A DNA stretch of 64,000 bases, taken from positions 17,676 through 81,675 of the forward strand of contig PMCS01000006.1 in assembly GCA_003154195.1 (NCBI GenBank), in the 5' to 3' direction. Shown piece by piece: positions 10,259-19,161 of the stretch. Position 1 is the first letter of the stretch; each line of letters opens with the position of its first letter. Origin of the DNA: Candidatus Omnitrophota bacterium. Lineage in GTDB: Bacteria > Omnitrophota > Gorgyraeia > Duberdicusellales > 4484-171. The notes under the pieces are model-generated. The model worked only from the letters and a program-made list of their open reading frames with translations. It was not told where the DNA came from and made no database searches. Position numbers and translations under genes: made by a program.

Positions 10259-10978
10259 GTGATAAATACGAAAATCCCCAAATATACAATCGTAGCCTTG
10301 TTGCTTATCATCTGTACCCTGCCTTTTAGGAATTTTATCGAGGGCGCTTTTCTGTTTTTTTCCCGGCGGCTTATCGTTACCGGCCCGTATTCTTATCAGC
10401 TTAAATTTCAAGAAGCAAAAAGGCAGAACCTTGGTTTGATTATGCAAATCCGCCGGCTTCGTTATCTGCAAACCGAGAACGAACGTTTGCGTAAGGCCCT
10501 TCAATTTAAAGAGGCGCACGCGGCGGATTTAATCGAGGCCAATATAATTTCGTTTAACCCCTCAAGCTGGCGCCGGATCGTCAACGTTGATATCGGCAAA
10601 CGCGCGGGGGTAAAGGATGGCTTGCTGGCGGTAAATGAAGAAGGTTATTTTGTCGGTAAACTCGGCGAGGTCAGGAATAGTTATTCGCGCTTGATTCTTG
10701 CCGATGATGTCGATTGCTCGATACCGGTTTTTATCGGCGAGTCTTCTTACGGTTTGCTGAAGGGGGGATTAAAAGGGGCAAAGGTTTTCTATGTTGAAGC
10801 GGAAGATAAAATCGAAATGGGGCAAAAAGTTTGGATAAAACTATCCTCCCTATCGTTTCCGATTTATGTGGGCCGGGTCATTAAGGCTTCAAAAGATTCG
10901 GAAGGGTTATTCTGGGATATCAACGTGGAACTATCCGCCGGGAATCCGCTGCTGGGCGAAATCTTTATCCTGAAATAA
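10259..10978 (+). CDS. mreC: Rod shape-determining protein MreC
   Basis: N-terminal TM segment, coiled coil ENERLRKAL, VDIGKRAGVKDG; operon context. Confidence 0.88.
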   Translation: MINTKIPKYTIVALLLIICTLPFRNFIEGAFLFFSRRLIVTGPYSYQLKFQEAKRQNLGLIMQIRRLRYLQTENERLRKALQFKEAHAADLIEANIISFNPSSWRRIVNVDIGKRAGVKDGLLAVNEEGYFVGKLGEVRNSYSRLILADDVDCSIPVFIGESSYGLLKGGLKGAKVFYVEAEDKIEMGQKVWIKLSSLSFPIYVGRVIKASKDSEGLFWDINVELSAGNPLLGEIFILK

Positions 10979-11192
10979 TTTTATCTTACGGTTTACCGTA
11001 AGATAAAATTATCGGCAAATCCGCCGGAGGCGGATTTGGATTAAACACACGACAAATAATCTATTGGTTTTCATCCGCGCAAGCGGATGATGATTATTTT
11101 TTGCGGAGCTTCAAATCCCCTCCGGGGATAATTCGGCTGCCATCTCACGCTACGCGCTATCGCGCTTGCGTTCGATGAAGCCTCATTAATAA

Positions 11193-11630
11193 ATGAAAGG
11201 AAAAAAACTTAATATAATTGGCATTCTACTCTTTTTGTTATTTTTAGATGCTTTTCGGCCATGGGGATATTTATTGCAAGTTGAGTTTGTTTTTTTAGGA
11301 ATTATTTGCCTTGCCCTGTATTGCCCGTTTAATTTTTCCTTTATCAGCGCAATCGCCCTTGGGTATTTGCGGGACTGTCTTTGCGGTACTTTCTTTTTGA
11401 CTTCCCTTGAATTTCCCGCGCTGGTATTTTTTATTGCCTACTCCAAAGATGTTTTTACTCACCGGTACGCGAAATTTTTTATAGTTACGGCGGCGCTTGG
11501 CGCGCATATAATCGTAAACAATCTATTCATCGCCGGTTCGGTTTTTCCTTTAGTGTCTTTGTTTGTTTTGCTCTTTTTTTTGCATTCCCTATTCTTTTTT
11601 TTCGTTGTCGAGCGTATCGCTTTCGCTTAA
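11193..11630 (+). CDS. mreD: Putative MreD membrane protein
   Basis: Hydrophobic, contains ALGYLRD motif; lies between mreC and mrdA. Confidence 0.65.
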   Translation: MKGKKLNIIGILLFLLFLDAFRPWGYLLQVEFVFLGIICLALYCPFNFSFISAIALGYLRDCLCGTFFLTSLEFPALVFFIAYSKDVFTHRYAKFFIVTAALGAHIIVNNLFIAGSVFPLVSLFVLLFFLHSLFFFFVVERIAFA

Positions 11631-11833
11631 CCGGGAAAATGCGGTTACGCATTTTTCCGGTCTGGCCTGCCTGCCGGCTCGCCTCGCGGCGTCCGCCTCG
11701 GCGAGCCTTCGGCGAGACGGGAAGCCGAGGGCAGGCAGGGAAAAAAATGCCGGCAGGCAAGCGTCAAAAGCCCGCGGCCTCCCTCGGCTTCGCCGAGAGG
11801 CGAGCGCCGCGAGGCGGGCATTTTTCCGGTTAA
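11627..11833. repeat. Nested palindrome cluster
   Basis: ttaaccgggaaaatgc ... gcatttttccggttaa outer arms enclosing cctgcctgcc/ggcaggcagg and ctcggcttcgccgag units. Confidence 0.75.
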
Positions 11834-11834
11834 T

Positions 11835-13526
11835 ATGAATTACTATTTTATCCGCCGCCTGTATATATTCGGCCTGACGATTCTGGTTATCGCGCTTTTT
11901 TATTCCCAGATTATCCGGGGGAATTATTATCTGGAGCGGGCGAAAAACAATTACGTGCGGGTTATCCCCCTGCGTTCAAAAAGAGGCACGATTTATGACC
12001 GCAACGGCCTGCCTCTCGCTTACGATAACGCGTCGTTTAACATTGCGGTAATACCCTGCCAGATAAAAAATAAAAAAGATTCATTATTCCGGGAACTCGC
12101 CGCTGCGCTGGGATCAGACATCAATATTATTTTACGTAATTACAGCCGCGAGCTGATTAATTATTTCAGCCCGATCGATGTAGCAATCAACATTGATAAG
12201 TCAAAAGCTTTCCAGATCCAGGAAAAATTCAAAGATGTGTTGATCGACCCGCAGCCGCGGCGTTACTATCCTTATCCCCGCGAATTCTCTCATATTTTAG
12301 GATATGTGAAGCGGCAGGATAGTTTTTATGAGAGTTTTAAGAAATATGGTTACGCGCCTTCCGAATACGCGGGGGTTACCGGCATCGAGCAGTATTACGA
12401 TAGTTATTTAAAAGGCGAGGATGGCGGTAATTTAATCGAAATAAATGCCCGGGGCCAGGTAGTAGGGTTTTTAGGCGAACAAAAAGCCCATAAGGGGCAG
12501 GATATCTATCTGACGATCGACGCGCGTTGGCAAAAAATAGTTTTTGATGAACTGGGAGGGCGCATCGGCGCGGTCATTATTATGGATTCCCAGAGTGGTG
12601 AGATCATCGCCATGGTTTCATCCCCCGCGTTCGATCCCAATCAATTTTTAAAAGGTAAGGGCTTAGCGGAAATGCGCGACGAGCGCCACCCGCTGCTTAA
12701 CCGGGCGATTCAGTCCGCTTGCCAGATGGGCTCTACGATAAAACCGATAATCGCTCTCGCCGCGCTGCAAGAAAAAAAAATAACTCCCGCATCCACTTTT
12801 ATTTGCAACGGCACAATGAATCTCGGCCGCGCGTCTTTCCATTGCCTCCATACTCACGGCGCCCAGGATTTATACCAGGGAATAGCGCACTCCTGTAATA
12901 TTTATTTTTATAACGTCGCTTTACGGCTCGGCCCCGATAATATAACAAAGTGGGCAAAACGATTCCGGCTGGACGCAGTTACGGATATCGATTTGCCTTA
13001 CGAGGGGAAAGGTTTTATGCCGACCGTAGAATGGAAGGAGAGAGTTTTAAAAAGTAAATGGTTTGACGGCGATACCTGCAATTTAGCCATCGGCCAGGGT
13101 TCGAGCCAGGTTACCCCTCTGGAGAATTTGTTGGCGATGAATGTGTTCGCGACCTCAGGATATTTAGTGAGGCCCCATCTTTTTAAAAAAGTGGAGGATA
13201 CCGATTCCGGTTTTGGCGAAAGGAATTACCTCGGCGCGGATATCGCCAATATTGATATTGTCAAGACGGGCTTACGCGATGTCGTCGAGGGGGAGGGCGG
13301 CACGGCGCATATTCTAAAAGAATTAAATCTGAAGATCGCCGGCAAAACCGGAACCGCTCAGGTAGGGCCGGGAAAGTCTCCTCACGGATGGTTTCTCGGC
13401 TTTTTTCCCTACGATAATCCCCGATATACTTTTTGCGTATTTCTTGAGCACGGCCAATCAAGCTATATCGCCGTAAAGGCGTTCAAGGCGATTTTGAAAA
13501 AAGCAAGGGAAGGCGGCATTTTATGA
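11835..13526 (+). CDS. mrdA: Penicillin-binding protein 2
   Basis: RGTIYDRNG, SxxK (STIK), SxN (SCN), KTGTAQ. Confidence 0.95.
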   Translation: MNYYFIRRLYIFGLTILVIALFYSQIIRGNYYLERAKNNYVRVIPLRSKRGTIYDRNGLPLAYDNASFNIAVIPCQIKNKKDSLFRELAAALGSDINIILRNYSRELINYFSPIDVAINIDKSKAFQIQEKFKDVLIDPQPRRYYPYPREFSHILGYVKRQDSFYESFKKYGYAPSEYAGVTGIEQYYDSYLKGEDGGNLIEINARGQVVGFLGEQKAHKGQDIYLTIDARWQKIVFDELGGRIGAVIIMDSQSGEIIAMVSSPAFDPNQFLKGKGLAEMRDERHPLLNRAIQSACQMGSTIKPIIALAALQEKKITPASTFICNGTMNLGRASFHCLHTHGAQDLYQGIAHSCNIYFYNVALRLGPDNITKWAKRFRLDAVTDIDLPYEGKGFMPTVEWKERVLKSKWFDGDTCNLAIGQGSSQVTPLENLLAMNVFATSGYLVRPHLFKKVEDTDSGFGERNYLGADIANIDIVKTGLRDVVEGEGGTAHILKELNLKIAGKTGTAQVGPGKSPHGWFLGFFPYDNPRYTFCVFLEHGQSSYIAVKAFKAILKKAREGGIL

Positions 13527-14617
13527 CGGCTCATCATCCTTTACGATTCAGGCTTACTACCGCCAAAACAATAATTTTTTGTTTAGCGATACTTAATGCC
13601 CTGAGCCTGGCCGCTATTTACAGCAGCCTGCACGAAGGGGGAAGTTTTACCGCCCAGGGCCTTTTTTATAAAGAAATTGTCTGGATGATCATTTCCTGGT
13701 TATTTTTGTTATTTTTTTCCTTCGTCAACTACCGTATTTATTATGACCTCGCGTATTTTTTTTATATTTTTAATATAATCCTTCTTTTCATCGTTGGACG
13801 TTTTGGGAAAACCGCGATGGGTGCCACGCGCTGGATCAATATCGCCGGATTTAATTTCCAGCCTTCGGAGGTAGCGAAAATAGCGATAATCTTTCTGTTG
13901 GCGCGTTTTTTCTCTTTTCAGGGCAAGCGCGGTTTTTTGAAAGATTTCCTGGTTCCCCTGGTTTTAGTCGGATTCAGCAGCCTGATCATCCTTAAGCAGC
14001 CCGACCTGGGCACTGCCCTGATTTTAATCTTTCTTTTCCTTTTAACCGGGTTCGCCTCACAGGTAAAAAAAAGATATTTTGTGTTTTTACTTATCGCCGG
14101 CATAGCGGCCGCGCCGTTTTTATTTAACCATCTTAAGGATTATCAAAAAAAACGCCTTATTGTTTTCGTTAACCCCAATGCCGACCCCCTGGGCGCCGGT
14201 TACACGATAATCCAGTCGAAAATCGCCGTCGGTTCCGGACGGTTTTTCGGCAAAGGTTTTTTATCGGGAACGCAGAATCAATTTAACTTTTTACCGGAGC
14301 GCCATACCGATTTTATTTTTACCGTAATCGGCGAAGAGGGAGGGCTTCTCGGTTCGCTCTTCCTTATTTTAATATACTGGCTGATCATCAATACGATTTT
14401 AAAGGAAACCGACCGCCTGAAAGACCCTTTTGCGCAGTATCTGTGTTTCGCGATTGCGACCTTGTTCTTTCTCCATTTGTTTATCAATGTCGGCATGACT
14501 CTGGGGATACTTCCGGTTGTCGGCGTGCCTTTTCTTTTTATGAGTTACGGCGGGACCCACCTGATGGCGAGTTTTATTCTGGCGGGGATATTTCTTAATA
14601 TCTGTCACTCCGAATAA
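13523..14617 (+). CDS. rodA: Rod shape-determining protein RodA (SEDS family)
   Basis: GATRW, FQPSE, KQPDLG, LPERHTDFIF, SYGG. Confidence 0.95.
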   Translation: MTAHHPLRFRLTTAKTIIFCLAILNALSLAAIYSSLHEGGSFTAQGLFYKEIVWMIISWLFLLFFSFVNYRIYYDLAYFFYIFNIILLFIVGRFGKTAMGATRWINIAGFNFQPSEVAKIAIIFLLARFFSFQGKRGFLKDFLVPLVLVGFSSLIILKQPDLGTALILIFLFLLTGFASQVKKRYFVFLLIAGIAAAPFLFNHLKDYQKKRLIVFVNPNADPLGAGYTIIQSKIAVGSGRFFGKGFLSGTQNQFNFLPERHTDFIFTVIGEEGGLLGSLFLILIYWLIINTILKETDRLKDPFAQYLCFAIATLFFLHLFINVGMTLGILPVVGVPFLFMSYGGTHLMASFILAGIFLNICHSE

Positions 14618-14830
14618 AGAAAATTCCGTGCCGGAATTTTCTTTATGAAGGAAAAATACAGTCTGATGAAACGGCTGTATTTTTCTCGAAATCGAAGATA
14701 TTATTAGCTAAAATACTTCTTTTGCCAAATTTCCCATGTTATACGGACTCCGTATAATATGATATTACGAAGCAAAGACGGATAAATTAAATAAAAAAGT
14801 GCTATTTTTTGTATGAAAACGGTTTATTTT

Positions 14831-14839
14831 TGTTAAAAT
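14831..14839 (+). promoter_or_regulatory. Candidate extended -10 promoter driving the cassette array (Pc-like)
   Basis: TGtTAAAAT about 40 bp before the first core site; palindrome ttatacgga-c-tccgtataa at about 14739-14757. Confidence 0.35.
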
Positions 14840-14881
14840 AATCATGGGTAACACAGAAAACACCGAATCCGTATATTAATT

Positions 14882-15106
14882 GTTGCGCGAAATCCAAATA
14901 ATATAGAACCAGTATTTATTTCGCGCAACGCGGAGCTCAGGCTTCGCCGTTCCGCGCTTTGTCGCGCCTAAATTCAAAAATCGTACGCGCAACAAATCGC
15001 TACAGCGGAATACGCAAAATATAAGCAGGTAAATGCGCCACCTGTATTATCAAAGGAACGCGCACTTACCTGCCACCTACACTTTGCGTATTCCGCTGAG
15101 CTCCGC
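14882..15106 (+). other. ORF-less cassette, copy 1 (uninterrupted)
   Basis: GTTGCGC start, GCGCAAC inverse core at 14987; no ORF; homologous to 16614-17012 and 21065-21506. Confidence 0.8.
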
Positions 15107-15113
15107 GTTATGC
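14987..15113 (+). other. attC site 1
   Basis: GCGCAAC aaatc gctacagcggaatacgcaaa ... tttgcgtattccgctgagc tccgc GTTATGC. Confidence 0.85.
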
Positions 15114-15165
15114 ATAAATTAATACAAAAAATCAATCGAATCGAAAATAAAAAATAAAAAAATGT

Positions 15166-15190
15166 GTAGGGACAGGCCTAAGGCCTGTCC
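15166..15190 (+). repeat. GTAG-type REP
   Basis: GTAG-GGACAGGCCT-A-AGGCCTGTCC hairpin; exact reverse complement at 15495-15519. Confidence 0.9.
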
Positions 15191-15212
15191 AATACCAAAT
15201 ACCAAATAAAAA

Positions 15213-15788
15213 ATGACAAAAATATTAACACGCAAAGCGAATATACGTTTATCGGGATACGATTATACCCGATCAAATCATTATTACGTCACCGCCTGCA
15301 CCGAAAATAAACGCGAATGGTTCGGGGAAATTAAAAATAATGAAATGATATTGAATTCATACGGTAAAATCTGTTTAGAGCACCTGCAAAATCTGCCCGT
15401 TTATTATAAAAATATCAAAATTGATACGTTTGTAATTATGCCCAACCACTTTCATGCGATAATCATTATGCAAAATAATCAAATAAATCATAGCGGACAG
15501 GCCTTAGGCCTGTCCCTACATATATCGCAAAATAAATCATTGTCGAAAATTATCGGCGATTATAAATCGTTTTCTTCACGGGAAATTAATAAAATAACGG
15601 ACAATGGCCATAAATTCAAATGGCAACGCTCGTTTTATGACCACATAATCAGAAACGAAAAATCTCTGCGGAAAATCCGTGAATACATTACCAATAATCC
15701 CGTTGCCTGGGCGGAAGACGAGGAAAATATCAAGTGCATAACCATCAAATCCAGCCGACCTGAACCGTCCTGCTTCGCCCTTCGATAG
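15213..15788 (+). CDS. REP-associated tyrosine transposase (RAYT/TnpA-REP, Y1 HUH), cassette-borne
   Basis: RLSGYDY, YYVTACT, MPNHFH (HUH), WQRSFYDHIIR, REYITNNP (catalytic Tyr); ORF runs into attC2. Confidence 0.93.
   Translation: MTKILTRKANIRLSGYDYTRSNHYYVTACTENKREWFGEIKNNEMILNSYGKICLEHLQNLPVYYKNIKIDTFVIMPNHFHAIIIMQNNQINHSGQALGLSLHISQNKSLSKIIGDYKSFSSREINKITDNGHKFKWQRSFYDHIIRNEKSLRKIREYITNNPVAWAEDEENIKCITIKSSRPEPSCFALR
15495..15519 (-). repeat. GTAG-type REP inside the RAYT coding sequence
   Basis: GGACAGGCCTTAGGCCTGTCCCTAC, read in frame as GQALGLSL. Confidence 0.9.
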
Positions 15789-15864
15789 GAAGTGGATAGC
15801 TTTGACGGGCTTCGCAGAGACAGGCCGGCACGAACGGTTCAGGCGGCTGATTATATTGTTAGAT
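15736..15864 (+). other. attC site 2
   Basis: GCATAAC catca aatccagccgacctgaaccg ... cggttcaggcggctgatt atatt GTTAGAT. Confidence 0.9.
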
Positions 15865-16546
15865 GAAAATAAATATGAAAAATACATCACGAATAATCAT
15901 CTTTCTTCTTGTAGCGTCATCTGTTTTGCCATGTCGTGCAAAACAGATAAATGATCTTCGCCAAGCAGCCATTAATTATGTTGTTGCCGAACATGGACCG
16001 CAAGCAATGGGCATGAAGGAAATTTCATCAGGACAACAGAAAGGCCTAATCGTAACCGTCGAGAAACCACAGTCAAATGACAAGGCCATGTATTGGGTGA
16101 CATTTGAAGAGTCAACGCCCGTATACGCTGGAAAACCACGACCGCAAGAGAAACAGAATCTGCTTCATGCGCTTAGAATTATCGGTCCCGAATTCAGAGG
16201 CGTGTATAACGAGCGCTTGTCGGACGAAGAATTCCAGGCATTATCCGCACTGAAATCACCAAGGGATATCTTGGTTCGGGAGCCGATCGCGCAGGCGATC
16301 ATAAAAGAAAAGGTGTTACCGGGGATTGCCAGAGAATTGCAGGAAGGTCAGTTTTTCGCCAGAGAAACAGAAGCCCACTATTTTATCTTTGACTTTAGCA
16401 CAATGTCGAATAGGGGTCTAACTGGGGTCACTGTATTAGTTGATGAAGATGGGACCGTTATAACGAAATATGAACATATTGCACCAGATGATCTAGCAGC
16501 TAACAAGCCGAATGAAAAAACTACGGGAACAAGCACTGAAAGCTGA
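15863..16546 (+). CDS. Hypothetical exported protein (cassette 3)
   Basis: N-terminal signal peptide-like stretch; fills the cassette; alternative ATG at 15875. Confidence 0.75.
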   Translation: MKINMKNTSRIIIFLLVASSVLPCRAKQINDLRQAAINYVVAEHGPQAMGMKEISSGQQKGLIVTVEKPQSNDKAMYWVTFEESTPVYAGKPRPQEKQNLLHALRIIGPEFRGVYNERLSDEEFQALSALKSPRDILVREPIAQAIIKEKVLPGIARELQEGQFFARETEAHYFIFDFSTMSNRGLTGVTVLVDEDGTVITKYEHIAPDDLAANKPNEKTTGTSTES

Positions 16547-16559
16547 AAATAAATTTAAT

Positions 16560-16620
16560 ATCTAACAATTTCATCCAGCGGACTTTGCCTGCGGCAAAAC
16601 CGCTGATTATTATGTTGCGC
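16560..16620 (+). other. attC site 3
   Basis: ATCTAAC aattt catccagcggactttgcc-tgc-ggcaaaaccgctgatt attat GTTGCGC; nearly identical to attC7. Confidence 0.92.
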
Positions 16621-17012
16621 GAAATCCAAATAATATGGAATCAGTATTTATTAATGAGACTTCGCCGAATGAACGCGCGCAGCGCGTTCGGTGAGGCGGT
16701 AGTGAAACTTATCCCGCCGTATTCGGCGGGATGTAGTTGAACTATCCCCGCAGGGGGTAGTCGAATTAGCGCAACGCGGAGCTCAGGCTTCGCCGTTCCG
16801 CGCTTTGTCGCGCCTAAATTCAAAAATCGTACGCGCACGATACACCTTAATGTAAGTATTCGGTAAGTCCCGCTGAACCGTAGAGGTGAAGCGGGGACAA
16901 ATCGCTCCAGCAGAATACGCAAAATGTAAGCAGGTAAATGCGCCGCCTGTATCATTCAAAGGAACGCGCACTTACCTGCCACCTACACTTTGCGTATTCC
17001 GCTGAGCTCCGC
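16614..17012 (+). other. ORF-less cassette, copy 2, with two insertions; attC4 ends at GTTAGAT 17013-17019
   Basis: Colinear with copy 1 except for inserts at about 16653-16768 and 16838-16896. Confidence 0.8.
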
Positions 17013-17049
17013 GTTAGATGTAAAATATAAATAAAACGGGGCGCAAAAA

Positions 17050-18105
17050 ATGGAAAATGTAAAAAAGGTCATAATCGCATTGTTTGGGTATATATACTTC
17101 CTGCAAGGAATGTGCATAATTATCATGCATACCGCTATCTGGACGGTCAGACCGGATTTTCAATATGCATTGAGCACAGGTACGGGCATAGCATTATTGT
17201 GCACGGCAATCGGGCTGTTCAGGTTAAAAGAATTGGCGAGGAAAATCACGATTATTTTAAATATTTTCTTCCTGATTAACACGTGGCTATCCATTTTTTC
17301 GATGTATAAGATAGTGTCAACGGGAAATGGCTGGCTATGGGCTATATGGCATAATATTTGTTTTATTTTGCCGATTTATTTTTTCACTCGACCCGGGATA
17401 AAAGAACAATTCAGAATAAATCCCGCATCAACGCAATTCCCTGGCCCCGCTCCCGCGGCTGATCCTTTAGACACAAATGAAGGCCAAAAACCAATTTCAG
17501 CATGGTTATCTTTAGTATTCCTTATATTACCGTTTGCAGTGGTTATACCTTATTGGTTATTGTCCCCTTCCCCGAAGATCAATTTTTTCAGTGTGCTATT
17601 CATTATTTTCATTTTTACATCATCCATAATCGCCGCTATATCTTTCATAATGATAGCGTTTATCCGCAAAGAAAAGCCGCTACGATTCTTTCGATTGGTA
17701 CTATGGGCAAATATCATTGTTATCGGCTCAATAGTCGCCAACCTATACCTTGCAGGCCAAAAAACAAAAGAAATAGAAGAGCGAGTAACCCGTGAGGTGG
17801 AAAACCGTGATCCAGTTATAATCGCTTTCCGCAAACAGAAAATCGTCCCTCTCATGGTTACCTATTTCGACCTTGCGTGCTTTGAAGCTGAAGATAAATA
17901 CCCTCTTGATAATCAGGCGATAGAAAGAAAGAAAAAACTCGCGTTAAATGCCATTATAAACCATATCGACCGTAACGATTATACCGAATATATATTTAGT
18001 CGCAGCCACCCGGAAAGTATTTTTTATATCAAAACAACTTATAATGGATATAGAAAATTAAAACATAATCTCTATGTAAAATTTATAAACCTAGTTAACG
18101 AATAA
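17050..18105 (+). CDS. Hypothetical multi-pass membrane protein (cassette 5)
   Basis: About 7 hydrophobic segments, FFTRPGIKEQF motif, soluble C-terminal domain. Confidence 0.8.
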   Translation: MENVKKVIIALFGYIYFLQGMCIIIMHTAIWTVRPDFQYALSTGTGIALLCTAIGLFRLKELARKITIILNIFFLINTWLSIFSMYKIVSTGNGWLWAIWHNICFILPIYFFTRPGIKEQFRINPASTQFPGPAPAADPLDTNEGQKPISAWLSLVFLILPFAVVIPYWLLSPSPKINFFSVLFIIFIFTSSIIAAISFIMIAFIRKEKPLRFFRLVLWANIIVIGSIVANLYLAGQKTKEIEERVTREVENRDPVIIAFRKQKIVPLMVTYFDLACFEAEDKYPLDNQAIERKKKLALNAIINHIDRNDYTEYIFSRSHPESIFYIKTTYNGYRKLKHNLYVKFINLVNE

Positions 18106-18203
18106 GCCGGACCAGGAACTTAAAATTAAACAAAAAGAAATCCAGGGTTTATCACCAAAAAAACTACGGGGTCAAACACTGAAAGCTGAAAAGAAAATAA
18201 AAC

Positions 18204-18264
18204 ATCTAACAAACTAATCCAGCGAGATCTCGCCAAGGGCGGACCGCTGATTTTTGTGTTATAA
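18204..18264 (+). other. attC site 5
   Basis: ATCTAAC aaact aatccagcgagatctcgcc-aag-ggcggaccgctgatt tttgt GTTATAA; similar to attC11. Confidence 0.92.
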
Positions 18265-18285
18265 TAAAAAGAATAGAGAAAAATT

Positions 18286-19047
18286 ATGAAAAACATTTTT
18301 TGGGCTGTAATTCTCATCGGTGTTTTCTTTGTAACATCTCCCGTCATGGCGAATCAGGACGTTTATAACAGTTTACAATCTACTTTAATTTTAGTGGGTG
18401 AATATACCGGTAATAAAAATTACGATACCGATGCTCATGCTTGGCGTCTTGATTACAAAGTGATAACCATTCTGCAGAATAGCAACAATTCGAACCCAAT
18501 CTATTTTATAACACATTTCTTCAGTATGGATTGTAAACCAGGTCGCATTATTACGGTAAGAGGAATAGTGGATTGGAATAAGGAGAACGCGGAAAAAACC
18601 GAGATAAACAGCCGCTGGATTCTGTTTTTGGAAAATAAATACAATATTAAATACAATAAATACGCCGATTATCCTGGATCGTATCACAGTTTAAGAATCC
18701 CCGCAAGTCAGAATAACATGGATAAAATAAAAAAAGAAATGGAGATTAAAAAAAATCTATATTCCAAATCCTGCGATCAGCTGTCAAAACTCTGGAAAGA
18801 CAATTATAAAAAATTAGACAAAAGCTGTTCAAACGACAGCGATTGCATGAAAAGACCGTCTGCTGATTGCGGAAGAGACTGCATCAACAATATAAACGCA
18901 AACAATGCCGCGATCGAGGAAATGTGTTGGAAACTAGATGGTGCTCGTATAGACAAAGGCTGCATCCCCCAGGGTGAGTGTTCCCCTTATATAACTGAAT
19001 GTAAATGCGTAGACAAACAATGTTCCGCGATAGAGAAAAAGCCTTAG
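18286..19047 (+). CDS. Hypothetical secreted protein with Cys-rich C-terminus (cassette 6)
   Basis: Signal peptide ending VMA; SCSNDSDC ... CKCVDKQC disulfide-rich module. Confidence 0.8.
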   Translation: MKNIFWAVILIGVFFVTSPVMANQDVYNSLQSTLILVGEYTGNKNYDTDAHAWRLDYKVITILQNSNNSNPIYFITHFFSMDCKPGRIITVRGIVDWNKENAEKTEINSRWILFLENKYNIKYNKYADYPGSYHSLRIPASQNNMDKIKKEMEIKKNLYSKSCDQLSKLWKDNYKKLDKSCSNDSDCMKRPSADCGRDCINNINANNAAIEEMCWKLDGARIDKGCIPQGECSPYITECKCVDKQCSAIEKKP

Positions 19048-19073
19048 ACGTAAGCGAGCTAAACGAAAGACGG

Positions 19074-19135
19074 TTATAACAACGCGCTGCAGGCGACAAA
19101 ACCTGCGGTTTTGCGCCTGAGCTTGGATGTTATGG
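19074..19135 (+). other. attC site 6
   Basis: TTATAAC aacgc gctgcaggcgacaaaacc-tgc-ggttttgcgcctgagc ttggat GTTATGG. Confidence 0.92.
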
Positions 19136-19161
19136 TTAAAAATATTAGGAGGAATTTATAT

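Noticed and set aside
10053-11838. Short ORFs between mre genes (10053-10262, 11527-11760, 11563-11838, 11639-11833)
   Set aside because: They are translations of GC-rich nested palindromes
14618-14881. Remnant intI gene or a definable attI site
   Set aside because: No ORF or tyrosine-recombinase motif; attI cannot be recognised beyond the first GTT core
16641-16955. Minus-strand ORF, and its paralog at 21092-21361, as a real protein family
   Set aside because: Both run across palindromic repeats and attC sequence; the similarity reflects the DNA repeat, and the frame is not preserved in copy 1
18157-18200. c-di-GMP-I riboswitch suggested by aaaactacggg
   Set aside because: No GGCAAAC/GAAA first stem, and it lies at a cassette 3' end
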